64,000 nucleotides of DNA from Octopus sinensis. Its lineage: Eukaryota. Below are positions 26,378-39,813 of this stretch, one piece after another. The notes under the pieces were generated by a model. That model worked only from the letters and a program-made list of their open reading frames with translations. It had not been told where the DNA came from and ran no database searches. Numbering within the stretch: position 1 is the first letter of the stretch; each line of letters begins with the position of its first letter. A program made the position numbers and the translations under genes. Location: the NCBI RefSeq assembly GCF_006345805.1, contig NC_042998.1, positions 101,370,001 to 101,434,000 on the forward strand. The letters run 5' to 3'.

Positions 26378-26876
26378 CTAGCAGTATCGCCCGGCGTTGC
26401 TCGGGTTTGTAAGGGAAATAACTATATAAGCATTTTTAGAGAGTTACTTCCCTTATAGATGCCAATTCGGGCTTTCTTAGCCATTTCTGTTATGGTGTCT
26501 TCAAGCCATGAAGTCGTTGTTCTAAAAGAACGCTGGTCTCCTTGACAACGCTTTACGACGTTGATTTCCTTACACTCCCTTCCCCACAGCTTCACGAGGG
26601 AGAGAAGAAGGAGGAGAAGCAAACAGGTGCAGGTGTGACCATGGACGCCAACTCCGCCGCCATCGACACACGAAAAATTATGCATTAAAATGGAATAAAA
26701 AATGATGTTAAATTATTTTTTAAATCGTAGACTCATCATAGACGCGCGCTAATACTCAGACGGGCTCGATATGAATCACACGACTATAAGATACCCGAAT
26801 TTGGTTAAACTGCACCGCAAAATGTGGGAGTAGTTAGGAATCTAAATCGAAGGGGACAGACACTCACACAACTACA

Positions 26877-26890
<14 letters not shown>
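26378..26890 (-). mobile_element. Non-autonomous Helitron-like element
   Basis: Minus-strand 3' end: hairpin CCCGAGCAACGCCGGG (26390-26405), then ...CTAG|T. The 5' end merges into (TA)n. Confidence 0.7.
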
Positions 26891-26937
<47 letters not shown>

Positions 26938-27138
26938 TATATATAATATGCATGTAAACATTATATATATATATATATTATATATATATATATGTTTATA
27001 CAGAAAAACAAAAGACGAAGACAGGTGTATAAACAACAAACAGGTTTATCACCGGTAAAACATAAATCCGGAACAGAAGCACATTGTAAGTTATAGAGCA
27101 GTATATTATATAAATAAAGTTAGATAAGTCCGGTATAC

Positions 27139-27200
27139 GGGATTAACCCTGGGCTTCACGTCTATAAAGCGCTAAGCTTTACGGCGTATCATCAGATCCC
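27139..27200 (-). ncRNA. Degenerate type I hammerhead motif in a Penelope-like repeat
   Basis: GGGAT-CTGATGA-T-ACG...CGT-GA(A)-AGCCC A GGGTT-A-ATCCC. Perfect 5-bp stem I; one A missing from GAAA. Confidence 0.45.
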
Positions 27201-27276
27201 AGACTTGTTGGATTATTGTCTCTCTAGCAAGCGGCTTCTCTAAAAAATGAAGAATAAAAGAATATATATGTATATA

Positions 27277-27572
27277 TGTGGAGGCGCAATGGCCTAGTGG
27301 TTAGGGCAGCGGACTCGCGGTCGTAGGATCGCGGTTTCGATTCCCAGACCGGGCGTTGTGAGTGTTTATTGAGCGAAAACACCTTAAAGCTCCACGAGGC
27401 TCCGGCAGGGGGTGGTGATCCCTGCTGTACTCTTTCACCACTCTTTCTTCTGTTGGCCTGCTCGCTTAGCCAGCGGGGTGGCGTCATTCGAAGGCTAAAA
27501 CAATGCGAACGCATTGTGACCAGCGATGTGTAACTACATCTGATGGACTGGTCGGTCACATGATATCACGTG
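27277..27572 (+). mobile_element. tRNA-derived SINE family B
   Basis: TGGCCTAGTGG A box and GGTTTCGATTCC B box; matches 7881-8175. Confidence 0.9.
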
Positions 27573-27600
27573 ACGTAATATGTATATATACATATATTTT

Positions 27601-27842
27601 CTTTATTTGTTTCTGTCATTTGACTGCAGCCATGCTGGAGCACCGCCTTTAGTCGAGCAAATTGCCCCAGGACTTACTCTTTGTAAAGCTAGTACTTATT
27701 CTATCTGTCTCTTAAGTTACCGGGACGTAAACACGCTAACATCGATTGTCAAGCGATGGTGGGAGGACAAACACAGATACACGCACATGCACACACACGC
27801 ACACACATACACAATGACATACAGACACACACACGCACACTA

Positions 27843-27889
<47 letters not shown>

Positions 27890-27993
27890 CGACGAGCTTC
27901 TTTTAGTTTCCTCTACCAAATCCACTTACAAGGCTTTTGTCAGCCCGAGGCTATAGTAGAAGACATCTGCCCAAACTGCCACGCAGTGGGACT
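27601..27993 (-). mobile_element. SINE family A with an internal (CA)n/(TA)n
   Basis: GTCATTTGACTGCAGCCATGCTGGAGCACCGCCTTTAGTCG...GGCTATAGTAGAAGACA. Confidence 0.85.
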
Positions 27994-29381
27994 AATATTT
28001 CTCAAAAGATACACACACACATACTCATAATTTTTGCATAGAATCATACATATAATTGATGATGCAAATTATAAATATTGGTAGGTATAAAATAAATATA
28101 TATTTGTGTACATAATTATAATAATCATATTTAATATCATGCCTGTAGAATTGTTCATACATACACACATACATGCACACAAACACACAAACACACACGC
28201 ATGCAAATATATACATGTATACCCACATATATTTGTGTATGCATACGTATGCTTGTGTTTGCGTGTGTACGCGTTTGGTAATTCAAGGGGAAAAGATTTA
28301 CGTAGCAGAATTTAAAATGTAAATCGTTTTTATACCTTTACATAATATGGTCAGCATACTGAAAGTCATGAAATTATTCCAACCCATAATATTTATATTG
28401 TTAGAATATAATTTAAATTTTAGCCAAACAGTTTTAGACACAAAACAGCGTATAATTATTATTCCAGTATACATTAGCACCTAAATATTATGCCAATTTC
28501 AAGAATTTATTAACCGTTATAAATTTAAACTGGGGTGTAAAGTTTTCCGGTTTCATTAATAATATCATCAACATTGCAACTAAACATGTTTTATTAAGAA
28601 CATCTCCCCAAAATACAGAAAAACATGGCTATAAATTTTTAACTAAATAATGCATTTCATAAAATATAGCACAACATATCTTTGTTTAGGAATGAAACTT
28701 GGTTCGATACTTTGCAGAAGAAATAATCACTAATGATGAAATGGCATAGGTTCTTAGGCATGCATACATTTACACGCATGACACATACACAATTCACACA
28801 CACACACACACACACGCACACACACACACATGTACATATATATATATGTGCGTGTGTGTGTATACATACACATAAACACATACATACACACACACGTAAA
28901 TATCCAGAGTGGAGTTGGTAAAATCCTGGTTACATACGTTTCTTAACTAGTACATATTCTGTTGTAAAAATTACTCAACGAGGTGTACTCTACTAGCTAC
29001 TCGTCACGCCGAAGCGACCTTAATTATATGATTGTTACATTGTTGGTAAGGAATCCCAATTTAACTCACCGAAAGTATAATTTAAAATGATCTTTGGCTG
29101 TTATAGTTTTATGTATATATATATACATAAACATATATCTGTGTGTATATGTGTGCGTGCGTGTATGTCTGTGTGTCTCTGTGTATATATTTACTAGCTG
29201 ACGTTCCCGGTAATTCCGGATGAAGCGGGGCTTATCCCTTGGTTGCGTTCTCATAATTATTTCGTTATTCCAATAACAACAATACAAAGTAAGTAGCCCT
29301 TAAAACGGTTTTGTGCATTTACAGAGAACGACGAAATGTCTTACACGGGATCTTGTTTTTAGGAATTCGTGGAGTAATTTT

Positions 29382-29382
<1 letters not shown>

Positions 29383-29430
<48 letters not shown>

Positions 29431-29513
29431 GTAGTAATAATAATAACAACAAGAACAACAACAATAATAATAATAATAATAGTAGTAATAATAATAACAA
29501 CAACAACAACAAC

Positions 29514-29580
<67 letters not shown>
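29383..29580. repeat. (AAT)n/(AAC)n microsatellite
   Basis: Direct observation. Confidence 0.95.
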
Positions 29581-30134
29581 GCCCTGATGCAGTACCAGGC
29601 AGTGGCTCTCATGGCTTCTGATCTTAACTGACTGGAAGTGTTATCATGTACATTGTTTTGTCTTGGTATAAAAGATGGGCTACAGCAAATATTCTGCTCA
29701 ATACCACAGGTTTGCTTGTCAGTTGTTTGACCTTAACCAGTTGAGCATGTCCCTTAGTGGCTGACGATATGTGCATCTCTGATCACGAGCAGAAGTAGTG
29801 GGGGAGCATCATGGCCATGTGTTGAGAGGGATTCTTTGGAGTTTGAATGGTTCACCTCTGGAAACATAGGTGTTTCGTTCAACATCCTAAAGCAACCCTT
29901 ATTCAGGGACCGTTTGAGCAGGATGGGCTACTCAACCTGAAGAAAATTCTAACTGGGCCCCACCTGCAAGGTCATGTGTTGTTTATCTTGATATGAGATC
30001 ACCATGTCGCGCACATATGGTTGTGATGCATGTGCCTGGTGTACCTTTATCAGACGGGTAGTCATGATGGGTATATTGGGCTTCGTATATTTTACCCCAG
30101 TGTCACTTTGATGGCATGAACTGCTCTCTCACTC
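29581..30134. mobile_element. 554-bp non-coding segment embedded in (AAT)n; probable microsatellite-targeted retroelement piece
   Basis: Sharp boundaries, higher GC content than flanks, (AAT)n on both sides in the same orientation, no ORF. Single copy in the window. Confidence 0.5.
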
Positions 30135-30180
30135 AATAATAATAATAATATAATAATAATAATAATAATATAATAATAAT

Positions 30181-30218
<38 letters not shown>

Positions 30219-30229
30219 TGTTTGTTTTA

Positions 30230-31570
30230 CTGGATCATTTTCGCTTGAAGTTAGTAAGACATCTCTTTTCTATGTTAGATAATTGTGACACGAATTTTTT
30301 AAAAATTGTAATTTAAATTTCCATAGCTTTTATTAATTCATTGTAAAAATGTTCTTTCTTGTTTTTGCAGTATAGTGTCTCAATTCTCTTCGAAATTTTA
30401 AATTGCGTTCCACGTTAGAATGGTACTTTATGAATCGAGTGTCCAGATTTTTTACCATTTGTCTTCTATTAAAAAAAATTTCTCAGTAAACTGTGTGTTG
30501 CTTACCCACATCATATTCAGTTTTATCTCTTAGAATCAAATCATGGTGACTATGTCAAATAAATTATTTATTTTTTCAACTTCTGTTCTCCAATTGTCAA
30601 TTTCTTTGACAACTCAGTCATCTCGTGCTTCATTTCTTTGAAGGGTAGCTATCAATTATGTGTGTTTAAAATTTTCATGATTTCAGCATCACTAAAATTC
30701 AGAATTAATCCAGAAAATATAGACTTCCAGCTTGCATATAAGAGAATCTTCCTAATTTCAGTATTTGCTGCTACAATTTACACAATGAAGAATATTGTAT
30801 TTTTTCCATAGCTTTGAAACGGTTCTCATCTAAAATTCACAGATTTCGTTATACGAACGTTTAACATTATTTTTCCATAAAATCACAAACTGTGCTTTGA
30901 TATAATCCTTGGATAAGCATGCAGTGGTGGATGGTAAGGACAGAATTGTAATATTGTGTTCTCAATCTCAGTGATGTACTGGACCGTTTTCAATTAGTAA
31001 TGCAATTTTGAAGCCGATATTTCCTTTTGTATTATTTCAGCTTCAGGAACAAAGTTCTGATCAAACCAGTTTATGAATATTGGTAAAATATTTTTATTTT
31101 CACGTCAATGAACTAGGATGGTATTTTGATTCAAACCTTTGATCGCACGTGGATTAATAAACAATGGTTCCATGAATCAATCACTTAATGCATTACAACC
31201 TAATAATTATTACGTGATTCGATAATTAGAAGTTTTGAGTCGGCTAACCATTTTGCCGATCTTGATATAAACGTTCTCTTTGGCATTTTCTAGAATAAAC
31301 CGGTGTCACCAGGATTAAATAATAGTCTTAAAGAAATTGCATGTTCAATTATTTTAGATAATCATGTCACAATCTATTTAATAGCCTTGTTAATAGCTTA
31401 TTGAAGTTACTGAAAACCATGCAATTATAATTGTTCTGATTTGCCATCGTTTCTCTTAATTGTTTTAAAAGTTTCTCCTATTATATTAAAACAGGTGAAG
31501 AGGTTTTCTCGATCTGTTGCCAGTTTTAAACCGATTTAGTATTGTGATTTTCATTTCCAGAGAAATTAAC
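30230..31570 (-). pseudogene. Decayed Tigger/pogo-family transposase
   Basis: Minus-strand fragments LEMKITILNRFKTG; FNPGDTGLF*KMPKRTFIS; IFINWFDQNFVPEA; KIALLIENGPVH; ITILSLPSTT; WKKYNILHC. These are collinear with the Tigger DDE_1 motifs (FNADETGLFWKKMPKRTFI, WF...FVPEV, LLLDNAPGH, FLPPNTT). Confidence 0.8.
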
Positions 31571-31742
31571 TGCTTTGTTCGTTTTTCGTTTGATATTTCA
31601 AACCCTATTATATTCATTTATGAAAATATTAATCAAGCTCGTCCTAAAGCAAAGCTGTGCACAGGTGAAACTGCGTAAACCGAGTAATGTGCAAAAACAA
31701 GGGATGAACTGTAGAAATACATATATGTATATATACATACTC

Positions 31743-31775
<33 letters not shown>

Positions 31776-32019
31776 TACACATACACACACATATGATGAG
31801 ACAAAATATAAAAACTACAATAATGTAGTTGGTGCTACAATGGAAGTCACCAGATGATACCCTCAGATTGTAACACTCAAATTTCTTGACATTTGTCCCA
31901 CTCTGCATACATACATACATACATACATACATACATCATACATACATACATACATACATATATACATACATATATACATACATACATACATACATGCATA
32001 TTTACTGTGTTGCAATAAT

Positions 32020-32775
32020 TATGAACCAATGGCTGATTCAAAGGATAATATTGAGCCAAAATACGTTAGCCCCTACAACATAGCACCAATAGACAATTGG
32101 ACTATCATTACATGAATCATGTGGCCAAAAGATTATAGACCCATAACATGCTTGAATGTTGTGCACAAACTGTACACAAGTTATCTGAATATGTTTCTCC
32201 AAGAGCAATACCTTCAGCCTTAGAGAAGAACTACTGAGCAGGTACTCCGAGAATACAACTGTTTCATACAATCCAAAAGAGGTTGGACTGGCCTACCTAA
32301 ATAGATGCCTTGAGGAAAAGCAGGCATTATACCAACAAGAAACAAAGATTAGGTACACAACAGCATTGCCTAGAAGAGTAACCTCTTCTGGGTCTGTGAT
32401 AGATACATTACATCCCATTTAGAAGGATATGTGTTTGCTATCCAGAAAGAGGATATAGTTACTAAATACCTGATAAGCGAGAGAGGCTAAGACACTATCA
32501 AGCCTCCACGTTGTGATAGGAAACGTCGGATCTGCTAGACCAATGTGGAAGATATCATCCACATCATCAGAAGCTGCCCCAAAATGTCTACATGATAGTA
32601 CCTGTCCTTGAAGCATGATATAGTTGCAAAGACTATTTACAACGCTACTCGCAGGAAGGATGGCCCTGATGTATGTCAAAGGCATGTAAGAACCAGCATG
32701 TATTCACACCTTTAAAAGAAGTAATATTGGTGGAAACTCCAATAAAAAGCAGCATTTCGGTGCAAACAATTACCA
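32020..32775 (+). pseudogene. R4/Dong-like (RLE clade) LINE relic with a large internal deletion
   Basis: KDYRPITCLNVVHKLYT (RT start); EGYVFAIQ; RRIC*TNVEDIIHIIRSCPKM (CCHC knuckle); KHDIVAKTIYNA; YWWK. Confidence 0.8.
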
Positions 32776-33239
32776 CTCCATTAAAACAACTTCTCTCTAT
32801 TCTGTTGTGAATCATTGTTGTTTGCCTGAAGGAAATTCTCGAACCTGAGATGCTTTGCCCGAGAATCTTCGTGAGAAATTCAGTAAATGTTATTTCAGCA
32901 AAATCAGGGCTTTAGCTCTTCGTTAGAAACAAGTATTAGTTAACCAAAGAAATATTGTATCTATTACTCATATCTATTAGTTCTTGGCATCCAACCTTTT
33001 CCTTGGTCAATGACTATATTATCAAATACGTCATATAAAAGCAGGAATTGATCTTTAAATACTAACACATATGCCAGCGCGCGCACTCGTGTTATCATTA
33101 TTGTTTTTACGTATTTTTGTATTTTTATTCGTGTAACATCGTCCTGTTTTCCGTCCTTGTTTTGTATACATTCAAGGCTTTCTTCCAAGGAATCTAATGC
33201 GCTTGGCTTAGATTTTCCTTTGGGGCTGGCCAGATCGGA

Positions 33240-33305
33240 GCAATCTCAAGATTAATCAGCCGAAATTGCGAAGATGATCCGGTTCTTGACTGAAGATTGA
33301 AGGCT
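33240..33305 (+). ncRNA. Candidate non-circularly permuted hammerhead ribozyme (cleavage strand, GAAA strand, CUGANGA strand)
   Basis: GCAAT-C-TCAAGA-ttaatc-AGCC-GAA-ATTGC-(14 nt)-TCTTGA-CTGAAGA-ttgaa-GGCT. Stems III (5 bp) and I (6 bp) are perfect. Confidence 0.55.
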
Positions 33306-33372
33306 TCGAATGTCCCGTCCGTGTTTTTTGTATCGTCTTCTAAATGTTTTGCATTCCTGTCCCAGTTTGTAT

Positions 33373-33426
<54 letters not shown>

Positions 33427-33629
33427 GAACATTAGAAAGAAACACCTTTTATCAATTCAAAATGAACAATTAAATTACACTAATAGAAATATTAAAATTA
33501 AAATAACAATAAAATATAAATGATTAAGTAATATTATATTGTGTGAAATTTGATTTAGTATTTCTAAATGGAATTTTTGTTCCCTGTAAGTTTGGATTTA
33601 TATTCCCTCAAATAATAATAATAATAATA

Positions 33630-33664
<35 letters not shown>

Positions 33665-34339
33665 TATATATATATATACGTACAAACATACATACATATA
33701 CATATTCAAAACTCTCTCTTTCTCACTCTCTCCCGCACACACACACGCATTCATTCACTCACATGCTCTCACATAAACACAGATACGCACAATATGTGAA
33801 GCCCTACAAATGTTATAATTAGTACTCAAAAAACATAATAACCTCAATATTTTATAAATATTTACAAATTTAAAACAATTGAAGAATAAATCATATTCTT
33901 CTTGAGAGGACAATCTAAATTGCATATATTTTGTAGATATAAATTTGAAAAGAAGAGTTTCAGTATAGCACTACAATAAATAGTCTTTATAATGACTGAA
34001 AAAGATGAGAGAAGAGGAACATGGGAATATGTGAACGAGAAAGTATTTATATGAGACAGAAAGCGGGAAGAAGAGAATAACTACTGCATTACAATTATAA
34101 ATCTTTCAGAAACTTTTTCCTTTTAAGATCCAATATTCCAATATTTGATTTGCTATTGCTTTTCATGCATCATTGTGGCATAATATTGAGTTTGTGTGCC
34201 AATTTCCAAAGCCGTTCTTTGAGAAATAGCGACGTTTTTTCCAAATGAAACAAATATGCATTATCACCTGTAAACACAAACACACACAATGCGAAAGGAA
34301 TTTTCAGGCGGAGAGGGGATGATTGTATATGTGTTTACT

Positions 34340-34400
34340 CCAACCCATGGAAAGAGGACGTTAAATGAGGATGATGATGAGGACGATGATGATGATGATA
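34340..34400 (+). mobile_element. RTE-type 3' terminus with (GAT)n tail
   Basis: CCAACCCATGGAAAGAGGACGTTAAATGAGGATGATGATGA. Confidence 0.45.
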
Positions 34401-34962
34401 ACAATGATTTACATATGCGTATAAAGAATTTGTAAGTATAAGTCATTGGGAGGTAGGTGATGTCTGAAGTACACATTCACTCCAAGCAACGTACATTCCT
34501 CAATGAATTATACAAAATTCTTGTAAGCATATATATATATATATATGTATATATATGTGTGTGTGTGTGTGTATGTATATATATACATATATATACATAA
34601 ATATATACATACAAATACATATATATAATTATATATATACATATATATATATAAGTAACAAATACACACATACACACACACGCACACAACACAAACACAC
34701 AGACACACACATATATATATAGAAACACACCCTTTAAATACTTGACCCACTGAAATATCCATTCACCTTTTAAAATAAGCGATTCTTAAATAGTTTTACA
34801 ATTAAATGCATTCATAAAGATCCTTTGCAAGTACAATACAAAAACATCTTAACGAAAACAATTTTAATTAGAATAAATAAGCAAATTAAAAATACATTCC
34901 CCATCAAAATATAGCCAATGTAAATAGTAGAAAATTAACAGTCAATATGTAATTGGAAAATT

Positions 34963-35193
34963 AGGTGGTGAGATGGCAGAATCCTTAGCACGCCGGGCGA
35001 AATGCCTAGCGGTATTTCATCTGTCGTTACGTTCTGAGTTCAAATTCCGCCGAGGTCGACTTTGCCTTTCATCCTTTCGGGGTCGATAAATAAAGTACCA
35101 GTTTCGAACTGAGGTCGATGTAATCGACTTAATCCCTTTGTCTGTCCTTGTTTGTCTCCTCTATGTTTAGCCCCTTGTGGGCAATAAAGAAAT
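34963..35193 (+). mobile_element. SINE family C, full length
   Basis: TGGCAGAATCCTTAG head, GAGTTCAAATTCC B box, GCCTTTCATCCTTTCGGGGTCGATAAA core, AATAAAGAAATA tail. Confidence 0.9.
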
Positions 35194-35872
35194 ATATACT
35201 TTAGCAAAACGACTGAGTCATTGTTTGCAGCTAAAATAGGTGCCCTTAAATTGTAGCTGAAGTAGAATCTCAGTGAAACAGTGTGGACCCCAAAAGGAGA
35301 AATAGAATTCGTCCGACGTGTTTGAATACAGTTACTCTCTACACAATATCCATGACGAAGCTAGCATAAAACAAAGGCTATTATAGAAAAGCATGCACAG
35401 GTGTCACTCTGTGGCATCGAACCTACTACCACACGGTTTTGATACAAAATTGTTCTCTACGTATTTATAATATAAGCATATGCATACATGAATATTCTTA
35501 TGTTGTAGAGGTTCTAAGAGACACAAATATAATAAGATGATATTGTGCAAATGTTTAAATATTCATTCGTAACAAAATGAATATATAATTGTATTTGCTT
35601 TATACTCGTAAATATTTGCACTGAATACATTATGTAAACCTCTCTGAATACGTATAGTTGAATAATTAATTATTTCTTCAGAACAATGTCATTGGTTTAC
35701 TTTTTGTCTTGCGTAGGTAATTGCGTAAATATGCTATGAATATAATAGACACGATTCTACATATACTTCAAATAAACAAGTATATTGACTTGCATATTAA
35801 CATATTTATATCAGAAAATTTAAGCCTGTACGTAAACCTAAGTGTATGAACGTGCATTTCAGTATGTTGGTG

Positions 35873-35906
<34 letters not shown>

Positions 35907-36539
35907 TAGATAGATAGATAGAACGATAAATAGATATATAGAAAGTGAGAGGAAGAGAGAGAGGAGGAGGAGAAAGAGAAAGAGAGGGAGAAAAAGAGAG
36001 AAATACAGATATACATACATATATATATATATATAGGCACTCACATACCCCCACATACACACAAAGAGACACACATATTAAATAGAATGTTAGAAAAATC
36101 TACAAGTTAGAAATCAGTCATACTGCTGGCGAATGTGACGTGTTTAAATTACTTTATTAATTTCGAAATATACATACCACTTTAATTATATTATAGCCAA
36201 AATATATCTAGTGTACTTATGAGATAATTATTTAATTATCTAAGAGATTAAGAAGCTAACAACATGAAACAAAATATGAAACTCTTAATAATGTAACTAT
36301 ATTGAAATATTGCAAGGGTGAATTTGTCTAATAGTTATGAATAGGAATATGAATATTAAGTCAAAGCGATGAAATATACTAAATTTTGACATTTGTTTAC
36401 TTACTAGAGAAGTGTCTTTAAATACAATAAAGTCATATTATTTTCTCCCCTTAGTACACACACATACACACATTCACACACACACACACATATATATATA
36501 TGTGTATGTGTGCGTGTGCGTGTGTATTTATATATGTAT

Positions 36540-36600
36540 AAATGACTGTGTATGTGTATATGTATGTATGCATGCATGTATGTGTGTATGACTGGCTTTG

Positions 36601-36655
<55 letters not shown>

Positions 36656-36673
36656 GTATATATATATGTATAT

Positions 36674-36748
<75 letters not shown>

Positions 36749-36949
36749 TATATATATGTATATATATATGTATATATATATGTATATATATATATATACA
36801 TACATATATATATATATATATACATACATATATATATATATATGTATATATATATGTATATATATATATATATATATACATACATATATATATATATACA
36901 TACATATATATATATATACATACATATATATATATATATATATACATAC

Positions 36950-37005
<56 letters not shown>

Positions 37006-37087
37006 GTATATACATATATATATATGTATACATAAATATATATATATGTCTATATATGTCTCACTCTCTCTCTCTCTCTCTCTCTTT

Positions 37088-37123
<36 letters not shown>

Positions 37124-37125
37124 AT
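36540..37125. repeat. Compound (TA)n/(TACA)n microsatellite
   Basis: Direct observation; source of the long YI-rich ORFs. Confidence 0.95.
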
Positions 37126-37129
37126 AAGA

Positions 37130-38600
37130 AAAAAACCTATTTTCCTTTAATCTGTAGAGTACAAATTTGTTATTATTTACCAAGAATAGTATTGGCAGAG
37201 ACTTCGAAGTTTTGGCCAGCTAAGCCATATCCTGTGATGACTTAAGCTAACCTTGGATTTATATAGTCTCTGTTCAGGGGCTTTTGATTTTCCACTCAAT
37301 GGTAATTAGGTTGTAGGGTAAGTAACGATGGGGAAATGTTGTGGAAAATTTTATTAACTGAATTTTGGATTATGATTTTATTGTGTATTAATTCGTACAT
37401 ATAGAGCTTTGTATGTCCATTTAGGTGTGTCAGCTTCAGATTATGAAGGAAGCTGAGGGGAAGCTTTTTTGGTTAGTGCATGTGTCTTTAGTTTTAGTTA
37501 GTTTTGGAGTTATGTGACTTAATCCGCTGTAAATTTCAAAGTTCAAAGTTTAGTCCACCTTTGAAAATATTATGAATTGGGTATGTCACCTTCCTATCCT
37601 GATGGCATTTTTAAGGGTTCACAAAGGAATGTAGGAGTGTGGAATGCTTTAGCTGGTCAATAAGTTTATTTACTTTTTATTGACTTTATTTATTTCCTGT
37701 TTGTATTTGAAAAGTTTTGTCAGTGTATTGTTAGTATATAAATTTCTTTATCTTGTACTTTGATACTTACAAGAGGATGTGGGTATGGGTAAAGTTTGTT
37801 TATCAATATATTTCTCTCACGAGGTTCTTTGTTCTGTAAGTAATTTTATTAATATGTCTAAATTTCAACCTTTGCGTTTTATGGAGGCAGAGTTTGTGGG
37901 CTATGTGCTTATAAATACTTCTACGATTCTTCTTCAAAAGTGGATATTTTATAATATATTAGTTTAGGTCTATGGATATATGTGAATGTGAGGTATTATA
38001 AAAATGGATGTATATACTCATGTATAAAATTAGGAATAAAAATATGTACTTCAAAAATTGGTTTCATCATATAAAAACTAAAACATTTAAATTGATAAAG
38101 GGAGAATAAAAAAAGAAAAGTCTTAAGCGAGTGTATATACGTTTGTGAATATTCTTGGTAAGGTTCGTTGGAGATCGGGGGTAGTTTTAGATAATTTCTA
38201 AGTACTCGTTTAGCATAAAGCTGTAAATAGTTGTGGTGAAGATGGAAGGAGAGTAGATGGTGAAAGATTTTTTTTAGCTGTAATAAAAATTCTATTGGCT
38301 TATATTTCTACATATATAGGATCTACAGCAAACCAGTTCAAGGCGCGGTTTAAACAAAACACGCAGACTTTTCGGAACTCAATCCGGAAAATAACACATC
38401 GCTATCCAAACATGTAGATATTCAAATAAAAACACCACGTTTAGCACAAAATCGAAAATATTCTCACACGCATAACCATGCCAATGTAACAACGAATCCT
38501 CCCGACTTTATACTAATGAATCCAACAATATTCTCACATTCGAGAAACAAATTCTGAAGCAAAACTCTGAACTAGTCTCTTTGTGCGAGTAAAACATTTG
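37130..38600. mobile_element. Decayed Penelope-like element; GIY-YIG endonuclease relic on + at 38310-38590
   Basis: TYIGSTANQFKARFKQNTQTFRN / ENNTSLSKHV / ...NSELVSLCE resembles the PLE GIY-YIG C-terminus. The adjacent 37300-38300 looks like decayed coding sequence on the opposite strand (less certain). Confidence 0.6.
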
Positions 38601-39139
38601 AAAGCAATTGAAGCACAATCCCATAACCTGAAGCTAAAATACCTAAATATACATAACTGTTTACAAAGTTCAACATATATGAATGAATTCTGAACAAAAA
38701 AAAATACATACCCCCAATTTAATCAATAAAAATTGATTGTTCACAACATATCTCCAACACAACCCAACTTACAGCCTAATTACGATTCAAGTGAACTCCA
38801 TAAAACCAGAAAAAATTGATCGTAGTAGAAATTATAGCCAAGATTATCTTAATGCATCACAGTCCGATGTTGGCTAAGCTGGCCGAAGCTTCTAAGTTAC
38901 TCTCAATACTAGTCTTGTTAAAGAACTACACACACTCACGCATACACACAAACACCAACTCATACACACATACACACACACACACAAACACACGTACGCA
39001 CGCATGCACACGCACATATGTATATATGTATGTGTATATATATATACACATACACACACATACGTGCATATAGAGAAAAATGCACACTTGAATATTGTTG
39101 CGAATATAACGTAAAATTGGACGTAATTTTTCATAATGC

Positions 39140-39525
39140 GTATGTTATTAAATCAACACTTCCTCTATGCAAAGATATTACTCATCATAATCTCTATCAT
39201 AAGCGATGCCTTTTCGCCATCAACGATCTCAACTGTCATTCAAGTGTGTTTTCGTTTGCTCACTTCTTTACACCCACTTCTCCCCCAGCGTTACGGTCAA
39301 ATAGATGCCCCGAAGACCTCTTCTCTAGATTGAACAGATGGAAGTACGAGTGTAAAAGATCAAGGCTGTACTGTGGTACAGTAGATTTGAGCACTAATGG
39401 CCTGCCTAATTTGCTCATTGCATGATTTTTTTGCCAAAGATATGTGAGGTCGTGCATTGTAATGGTTAATGATTGATGAGTCTCTTCCTCCTAACGGCTT
39501 CTCTAAGGGTTAGAGTGTCTTCATG
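39140..39525 (-). pseudogene. Mariner transposase C-terminal relic
   Basis: LREAVRRKR; degenerate HDNARPH region; PQYSLDLLHSYFHLF (compare PPYSPDLAPSDFHLF). Confidence 0.7.
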
Positions 39526-39534
39526 GGAGCTCTC

Positions 39535-39607
<73 letters not shown>

Positions 39608-39813
39608 TTATTATTATTATTGTCTTTCACCATCGAAGACGTTTAAATCAAATATATTACTTTTTAATAATTTTGGCAATATTCACTTCGAGAAACACCG
39701 TTACATAATTTATATAATCAGTAAGCTCATCTTTCCCCAGAGCAGATAATGAGTAGTTTCTAATTTTTTTCACCGAGGAGTTTGAACTCAATCATATATA
39801 ATACAAGTGATTT

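Noticed and set aside
27277-27355. tRNA-like sequence with A and B boxes (also 176, 7881, 34963)
   Set aside because: These are SINE heads continuing into shared repeat bodies; no complete cloverleaf was evident.
29313-29621. Poly-Asn and poly-Ile ORFs
   Set aside because: (AAT)n microsatellite.
33290-33315. Conventional type III reading of the 33240 motif using the downstream hairpin and GAAT
   Set aside because: GAAT lacks A15.1 and TGTCC cannot pair with GCAAT, whereas the upstream GAA-ATTGC pairs perfectly.
36404-37124. Long ORFs of 139-209 aa and all similar YI-, CV-, TH- and MYVC-rich ORFs in the track
   Set aside because: They are translations of (TA)n, (CA)n and (TACA)n microsatellites, which lack stops in some frames.
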